DNA of 64,000 nucleotides from assembly GCF_009914755.1 (NCBI RefSeq), contig NC_060938.1; one strand, 5' to 3'. The position numbers and the translations under genes were made by a program. Below the pieces are notes generated by a model. It did no database searches. It saw only the letters and a program-made list of their open reading frames with translations, and had not been told where the DNA came from. The stretch comes from the human T2T-CHM13v2.0 reference genome, Homo sapiens. Position 1 is the stretch's first letter, and every line of letters starts with the position of its first letter. Below are positions 56,282 through 64,000 of this stretch, one piece after another.

Positions 56282-58707
56282 TTCTTTTACTCTTGACTTT
56301 TATTTTAGGTTCGATGGGTAAATGTGAAGGTTTGTTACATGGGTAAATTGTGTGTTGCTGAGGTTTGGTGTACAAATGATCCCATCACTCAGGTAGTGAG
56401 CACAGTGCCCTATATGTAGTCTTTCAACCCATGCCCCCCTCCCACTCTTCCCTGTCAAGTAGTTCCCAGAGTCTATTGTTCCCATCTTTGTGTTCATGTG
56501 TATTCAGTGTTTGGCTCCTGCTTATAAGTGAGAATATGTGGTATCTGGTTTTCTGTTCTTATGTTTGTTTGCTTAGGATAATGGACTCTAGATGCATCCA
56601 TGTTGCTTCAAAGGACATGGTTTCATTTCTTTGTATGGCTGTGCAGTATTCCATGCTAAAGTCTTTTTTATCTCATGAAAGAATAGCAACCATTGTTATT
56701 TTGTTTTCCATTTGCTTGGTAGATCTTTCTCTGTCCCTTTACTTTGAGCCTGTGGGTGTCATTACTTATTGCATGTGTCTCTTAAAGACAGCAGGGAGTT
56801 GGGCCTTGCTTTTTTATCCAACTTGCCACACTGCCTTTTAAGTGGGGCATTTAGCCCATTATATTCAAGGTCAATATTGATATGTAAGGATTTGATCCTG
56901 TCTTTGTGTTATTAGCTTTATAGTGTCAATGGGCTACATACTTAAGTGTGTTTTTGTGGTGACAGGTATTGCTCTTTTATTTCCATGTTTATCACTACCT
57001 TAAGTAACAGGGATTCTCTGAATTTCTTGAATTTGCATGTTAACTTCTCTAGTGAGATTGGAAATATTTTTGTGGACTCTATCCTCAAGTATGTTTTCCA
57101 AGTTGCTTGCTCTCCCACTCTTTCAGGAATGCCAATGAGTTGCAGGTTTGGCCTCTTTACGTATCTCATATTTTTTAGAGGTTTTATTCATTTTTTAAGT
57201 CTTTTTCTTTACTTGTGTCTGCCTATGTTGCTTCAAAGGAGTGGTCTTCAAGCTCTGAGATTCTTTCCTCAGCTTGTTCTATTCTGTTGTTAATGCTTCC
57301 AATTGTATTATGAAATTCTTGTAGTACTTTTTTTATTTGCAGAACTTCAGTTTGATTGTCTCTTAATAGGGCTATGTCATCTTTCAATTCTCAAATCATT
57401 TTACTGTTTTCCTTGAGTTGGGTTTTAACTTTCTTATATATCTTGTTGAGCTTCCTTGCCATCCAGATTCCAAATTTTATTTCTGACACTTCAGTCATTT
57501 CAATGTTGTTATGAAGCTAGATAGCTGGTATGATCATTTAGAGATAAGCCGATACCCCAGCTTTTAGAGGTACTAGAGTTCTTGCACTAGTTCTTTCTCA
57601 TCTGTGAGGGGTAATGTTCCTTTATCCTTTGAGGTTCCTGTCCTTTGGACAGCGCTTTTTGTTTTTATGTTCTTTACTGCCCTTGAGGGTTTGACTGTGG
57701 GGCATGTTGAGTATAGTCAAATGGCTTCATTTTTAAATGCATTGAGGGTGCCAAGGCTCGGCACTGGGCTGCATGCTTTAACTCTGGGATTAGGACTGTG
57801 GCTTTATCCTCTGGCCACTTGAGGCCAAACACTGGATGTGCTGTGGAGAGGCTCAGGTTGTCCCAGATCACTGGCAATCGTGTTCCTTTGGTAGCTGCAG
57901 GTGGAAGTGCTACAGTGGCATGGCTGGGAAGACCCAAGGTGGAAGTACTCTGGCAGGGTAGTGTGGATGTACCAGTGTTAAACATGCTCTGTTGGGGGAC
58001 CACCAGCAAAAGTGCTCTGGTGGGGTGGCAGGGCCTGCCTGCAAAAGTGCTATGGCAGTGTCTGCTAGCAAAAGTGCTCCAGTGGGGCAGCTAAGGCTGT
58101 GTTATGAGCTGATATAGCCAAGCAGAGACTCTTGGTGGGGCCATTGGATAGAGGGGCACACAGATCAGAGTTGCCTCCATGCATGGGAAAGACAGACCTG
58201 CTCTCTCCAGGTCTAGCAGATAACAAAGCCAAAGCCACCTAAAGAAATATTGGAAACATTGTGGGATTGGTGCCTAAGGCCATGTTTCCTTGCAGCTGTC
58301 CCCTCTGCTAAAGCACCTGGGCTCCATGTCAATTCAGTTTCTGTCTTGGCCTCCTATCTTTTTAGCTCCCCCTGCCAACTCAAGTGTCCATGGGAGTCAT
58401 GGGGCTGCCTGCAGCTAGGATCTCGGAGGTATATAGTGAGAGTGGGCTACTCTCCATATATTTCACTTACTCCTTCTTTAGGAGACATTGAGGGTTAGGA
58501 ATGAGTCCTCGCACTCAGCAACCCCATTCAGGGTTCCCAGCTTCTTTCCCTTTCAGCCCCAGTGTCTACATCATTTCTCTATCCACTCTCAGTATATTCA
58601 GCCTGAATATCTGTTTGGAGCATGCCGGCCTACTGGATATCCTTGTCTCTGTCAGTGGGAAAAATTCTTACTGGCAGCATCTAGATGGCTATCTTGTTCT
58701 AAGCTCC
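56282..58707 (-). mobile_element. Older L1P element with both termini but most of ORF2 deleted, about 2.4 kb
   Basis: 3' UTR and ORF2 end (56282-56655) join directly to the ORF2 start, then ORF1 remnant (56942-57169 'YVKRPNLQLIGIPER') and 5' UTR; TSD tgctc(c/g)tttttc at 56270-56281 and 58708-58719. Confidence 0.82.
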
Positions 58708-59461
58708 TGCTCGTTTTTCATGCAGTTTCTGGAAAGGAGGACAAAGTGTCTTCTAGTACCTTAAAATTTCTTTTGGCCATTCTTAAATGGTCATTATAAT
58801 GAAAAGTTGTGCAAATTTCTAAGCTAATTTAGTTTTTCCTGTTTTAAACTTCACAGAAATTAAATCATATTGTATTTAATCTTCCCTGTCTTGCTTCTTT
58901 ATCACATCATTATTATGTGAGAAACATCCATGTATTTGCTTATAGCTGTACTGTTGTTGCTGTTTTACTCTTCTGTTTTGTATACCACAATGTATTTTTC
59001 TATGTAGATGAACATAGAGATCATTGTTATTTCTTTCACAAATCAATGCTGAATAATATTTAATATTTTTCTATATCTATTTACCATATGATTTTTCTTC
59101 ACCTTGGTAATGTTAATTACACTTTAAAATTAAATATATTGTGGCATATTTTACCTAAATTAAAGTGAACACAACTGAAATATATGGTTTGATGAGTTTA
59201 GAGAAATGAACACACCCATGTAAACATGACAATAAAGATATACATATTTCCATCTCCCCCAAAGGATTCCTTTTTACCCTTTTCAGTGAGTAGACCTGTA
59301 GACCCATAAATTCACTGATCTGCTTTCCAACACTACATTTCAGATTTTCTTTTCTAGAGTATCATAGAAATCGAATGATACAGTATGAGCTCTTTATGTG
59401 TCTGGATTATTTTGCTCAGCATAGTCATTTTTAAAAATTTATATGATACCATGTCTATCAG

Positions 59462-59832
59462 TGTGGTAGACAGAATGCCCCTCTTTCAAAAAAAAAAAAA
59501 AAAAAGGAAAATCCTTCACATCCTAATGGAACCTGTGAATATATCCCATGGCAAAAGGAAATTTCCAGGTGTTATTAAGGTTATAGACCTTAAAATAAGG
59601 AGATTATCCTGGATTATCGGGGTTATCTAGATGTGCCCAATCTAATCACGTAAACCTTTAAAAACAGAGAACTTTCTCTAATCGGAAGTAGAAGAGAGAT
59701 GTGACAGAAGGGGAAGTCAGAGATATTTAAAGCATGCAAAGAACTCATTGTGGCTCTGCTGGCTTTGAAGATGGAGTTTATGAATCAGAGATGAGAAAGG
59801 TCTTTAGGAACTAATGATGACCTATAGTTGAT
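59462..59832 (+). mobile_element. MLT1 (D/E-like) LTR, partial
   Basis: tgtggtagacagaatg...gaacctgtgaatat...gaccttaaaataaggagattatcctggattatc. Confidence 0.8.
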
Positions 59833-59834
59833 AG

Positions 59835-60150
59835 TATACCAAAAACTGTGTCATTTAAAACAATAGTAATTTATTGTCTCACAGTTCTTGAGGTTGAAAG
59901 TCCAAAATTAAGGTGTTGGCAAGGCTATGCTGTCTCTGATGACTGAAGAGTAGAATCCTTCTTTGCCGCTTCTAGTTTCTGGCGTTTGCTAGCCATCCTT
60001 GGTGTGCTCTCTGGCTTGTGAATACATCATGCCAATCACATGCCATCTTTTTCCTGTACGTATTCACATTGTCTATACATGTCTGTCTCTGTGTTCAAAT
60101 TTCCCCTTTGATAAAACCAGAGTCCACTCAAATGTCCTAATTTTAATTTG
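59835..60150 (-). mobile_element. MLT1 LTR, partial
   Basis: 'aatttattgtctcacagttcttgaggttgaaagtccaaaattaaggtgttggcaagg' is antisense MLT1. Confidence 0.75.
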
Positions 60151-60166
60151 GTTTTGTTTGTTATTA

Positions 60167-63100
60167 TTTTTGTATGTTAATTTTGTATGCTTACTAAATT
60201 CATTGTTTTAATTCTAACAATTTTGGTGTAATTTTGGGATTTTCTATATATATAATAATGTCATCTGCAAATAGGGACAATTTGACTTCCTCCTTTCCAG
60301 TTTGGTTGCTCTTTATTTCTTTCTCTTGCCTAACTTATTTGGATAGAACTTCTAGTACTATGTTAAAAAAAAAGTGATGAAAGTGGGCATCCTGATGTTG
60401 TCCCAGATCTTAAAAAAAATTGTTCAACTTTTCCCTGTTCAGTATCATGTTAGCAGAAGGTTTGTCATGTATGGCCTTTATTGTGTTGGTATGTTCCTTG
60501 TATACCCAATTTATTGAGTTTTTTTATTATAAAGGGATATTGAATCTTATTGAATGCTTTTTATGCATCTATTGAAATGATCATGTAGATTTTGTCATTG
60601 ATCATTGATTCTGCTAATGTAATGTATTACATTTATTGATTTACATATATTGACCATCCTTGTATCCCTGAGATAAATTCCACTTGGTCATGATGAATGA
60701 TCTATTTAATGTGTTGTTGAATTAAGCGTGGTAGGATTTTGTGTGGGGTTTTTGCATTGAAATTCATCAGGGATATTGGCTTATAGGTTTTTTTTTTACT
60801 TTAATGGGTTCTTGTCTGATTTTGGTATCAGGGTAATTCTTGCTGTATAGAATGAGTTTGGAAGTAATCCCTCCTCTTCAATTTTTTAATAGACTTTGAG
60901 TAGTATTGGTATTAATTCTTTAAATGTTTGATAGAATTCAGCAGTGAAGTCATCAGGTCCTGAGTTTTGATGGGAGACTTTTTATTACAGCTCTGGTCTT
61001 GTTACTCATTATTGGTCTGCTTAGGTTTTCCATGGCCTTAAGATTCAATCTTAGCAAGCTATACGTGTCCAGGACTTTATTTCCTCTAGGTTTTCCAATT
61101 TGTTAGAGTATAATTGTTTATAGTAGTATCAAATTTTTTTGCATTTTTGTGGTATCATTTGTAATGTCTCCTTTTACATTTTTTTCCTTGAGGTTTCTTT
61201 TTTTTTTATCTTAGTCTAGCTAAATGTTTGCCAATTTTGTTTATCATTTCAAGATACCCACTCTTGGTTTTGTTGATCTTCTGTATTATCTTTAATTTCT
61301 GTTTTGTTTATTTCTGCTCTGGTCTTTATTTCTTTTCTTATTATTTTTGGTTTAGATTGTTCTTGTTTTTCTAGTTCCTTGAGGTGCCACGTTAGGTCAT
61401 CTATTTGAGATCTACTACTTTTTTGATGCAGGCATTTATTGTGATAAATTTCTATCTTAGAGCTGCTTTTGCTATATTCCATCAGTCTTGGTATGTTGTG
61501 TTTCAATTTTCATTTGGCTCAATAATCATTAAATTTTCTTTTTAGCTTGTTAATTGACCCACTGGCTCTTCTTAAGCATGTTGTTTAATTTCTATGTATT
61601 TGTACATTTTCCAAAGTTCCTCCTGTTATTGGTTTCTAGTTTTATTCTATTATTGTCAGAAAAGATACTTGATATATTTTCAATTTCCAAAAATTTGTTA
61701 AGACTTGTTTTGTGGCCTAACATGTAGTCTATTCTGGATGATGTTCCACATACTGTTGAGAAGAACGTGTATCCTGAAGTTGTTCGTCAGAAGGTTCTGT
61801 AAATGTCCATTAGGTCCATTTGGTCTAGAGGGGAGTTCAACTCTGATGTTTCTGTGTTAATTTTATATCTGAATAATATGTCCATTGCTGAGAATGAGGT
61901 ATTGAAGTCCTCTGCTATTATTGGATTGCAGTTGATCTCTCCTTTTATGTCTTTTACTGTTTTCTTTATATATTTAGGTGCTGCATTGTTGGGTGCATAC
62001 ATAATTACAGTTGTCACATTCTCTTGCTGTACTGACACCTACATTATTATATAATGGCCTTTTTGTGTTTTTTAGTGTTTTTGACTAAAGGTCTATTTTA
62101 TCTAAGTATAGCTATTCCTGTTTCCTTTTGATTTCCATTTGCATGGAATATCTTTTTTCATCCCTTCACTTTCAGTGTATGCATGTCTTTATAGGTGAAG
62201 TGAGTTTCTTAGAGGCAGCATATAGTTTGGTCTTTTTCTCTTGTTTATCCATTAAGCCCGTCTATGTCTTTCAATTGGAGAAGTGAATCCATTTACATTC
62301 ATTGTTACTATTAATATATAAGGACTTACTATGCCATTTTGTTGCTTGTTTTCTGGTTGTTTCATAACTCCTCTCTTCCCTTCTTCCTTCATGTTAAGTG
62401 ATTTTCTTTTGTAGTATGTTTTCATTCTTTATCTTATTTTTAGTGTATCCATTATAGGTTTTTGGTTTGTAGTTACAATGAGGCTTACAAAGAACATCTT
62501 ATAGTTATATCAATTTATTTTAAACTGATGACACTTTAAATTTGGTTGCAAAAAGAAAAAAAGAGAAACATTCAAACTAAAAGCCTTTATACTTTAATAA
62601 TCCTCCAGTTTTGACTTTTTGATATCTTAATTTATATCTTTTTATATGGATGATCTCTTAGCAAATTATAGTAGCTATTATTATTTTTAATAGTATTAAA
62701 CTATTAACTTTTTAATACTTAATATTAATTATCAATAATTAAACTATTTATGTAATAGTATTTAATGATTAATTTAATAGTTTTGCATTCTAGTTTTCAT
62801 ACTAAGATATAAGTGGTTTACATACCACAATTACAATTTACAGTATTGTGAATTTGTCTGTATACTCACTTTTACCAGCAAGTTTCATACCTTCAGATGT
62901 TTTCTTAGTGCACATTAGAATCCTTTTATTTTAGATTGAAAAATCCATCTGAGCATTTCTTATAAGATATTACTGGTGATGATGAATTCCCACAGCTTTT
63001 CTATATCTGGAAAAGCTTTTTTCTTTTCATTATGTTTGAAGGATAGCTTTTTCAGGTAAAATATCCTTGGTAAACAGGATTTTTTCTTTAGCACTTTGAA

Positions 63101-63285
63101 TATGTCATCCCACTTCCTCCTGACCTGCAAGGTTTCCACAGCACAGTCAGCTAACAGTTGTATCAGAGTTGCTATATATGTTCTTTTCTTCTTTACTCTT
63201 TCTGCTTTTTGGATCTTCTGTTTTTCACCTTTGAGAGCTTGATTATTATATGCCTTTGTATAGTCTTATTTGGGTTGAATGTTTT
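60167..63285 (-). mobile_element. Old L1M/L1PB segment (RT start, endonuclease, inter-ORF region, ORF1 end)
   Basis: Endonuclease remnant 61787-62038 'MYAPNNAAPKYIK...IIAEDFNTSFS...LDQMDLMDIYRTF'; 61249-61506 'HLKELEKQEQSKPK'. Confidence 0.88.
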
Positions 63286-63359
63286 TTTTTTTTCATGGTG
63301 TCTCAATGTGATTATTTAATTTTTATTTACAAAATAAACATTATTTTGTAAATAAAATA

Positions 63360-64000
63360 TTTTTTATTTTATAAATAAAAATGTGCAGGTTTGTTATATA
63401 GGTAAACTTGTGTCATGGTTTTGTATAATTTTTTTTTGTCACCCAGGTAATAAATGTAGTACTCACTAGTTGTTGTCTCTGCTCCTCTCCCTCCTTCTTC
63501 ATTTCACCCTCAAGTAGGCCCCCTTGTCTGTTGTTCACTTCTTTGTGTCCACATGTTCTCATCATTTAGCTCCTACTCATAAGTGAGAGCATGCAGTATT
63601 TGTTTTTCTGTTCTTGTATTAGTTTGCTAAGGATAATGGCCTCCAGCTCCATCCATGTTTCTGTGAAGGGCGTAATTTCATTCTTTGTTGTGGCTGCATA
63701 GTGGTCCATGGTGTATATGTACCACATTTTCTTTATCCAGTCTGCCATTAATGGGCATTTAGGTTGATTCCATGTCTTTGCTATTGTGAATATTGCTGCA
63801 GTGAACATCCCTGTACCTGTGTCTTTATAATAGAACAATTTACATTCCTTTGGGCATATAGCCAGTAATGGAATTGCTGGGTCAAATGGTAGTTCCGTTT
63901 TTAGGCCTTTGAGGAATCGCCACACTATGTTCCACAATGGTTGAACTAATTTATAGTCCCACTAACAGTGTATAAGCATTCCTTTTTCTCCACAACCTCA
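63360..64000 (-). mobile_element. Older L1PA/L1PB 3' end, continuing right of the window
   Basis: ORF 63566-63937 is the ORF2 C-terminus ([10 protein letters not shown]...AKTWNQPKCP). Confidence 0.9.

Noticed and set aside
59488-59505. Poly-A run inside MLT1 as a retro-insertion
   Set aside because: No TSD; simple expansion of an A-run is sufficient.

Overview
AT-rich primate (human-like) genomic DNA dominated by interspersed repeats. I cannot support any intact protein-coding gene, RNA gene or CRISPR array. The recognisable long ORFs in the track are remnants of LINE-1 ORF2 or HERV-H gag/pro, or chance ORFs in Alu, LTR or antisense L1 sequence. Main elements: (1) a 5.67-kb HERV-H provirus on the - strand with two LTR7 copies, a perfect GTCAG target-site duplication (TSD), a perfect tRNA-His primer-binding site and the ACAAAAGA SOX-type motif of the pluripotency-active LTR7up group; (2) a two-LTR THE1 element; (3) many L1s, including two twin-primed inverted copies and one that keeps both ends but has lost most of ORF2; (4) seven Alus; (5) a MER47/Tigger5 DNA transposon. 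The unique DNA between about 10.7 and 28.7 kb holds several + strand segments with good splice signals that join into a protein-like but stop-riddled frame, a candidate unitary pseudogene or lncRNA that I cannot name. Several template-switch scars are directly visible: a 13-nt hairpin micro-inversion, a 45-nt templated insertion and fold-back palindromes. Repeat subfamily names are from recalled consensus sequences and should be confirmed with RepeatMasker/Dfam.
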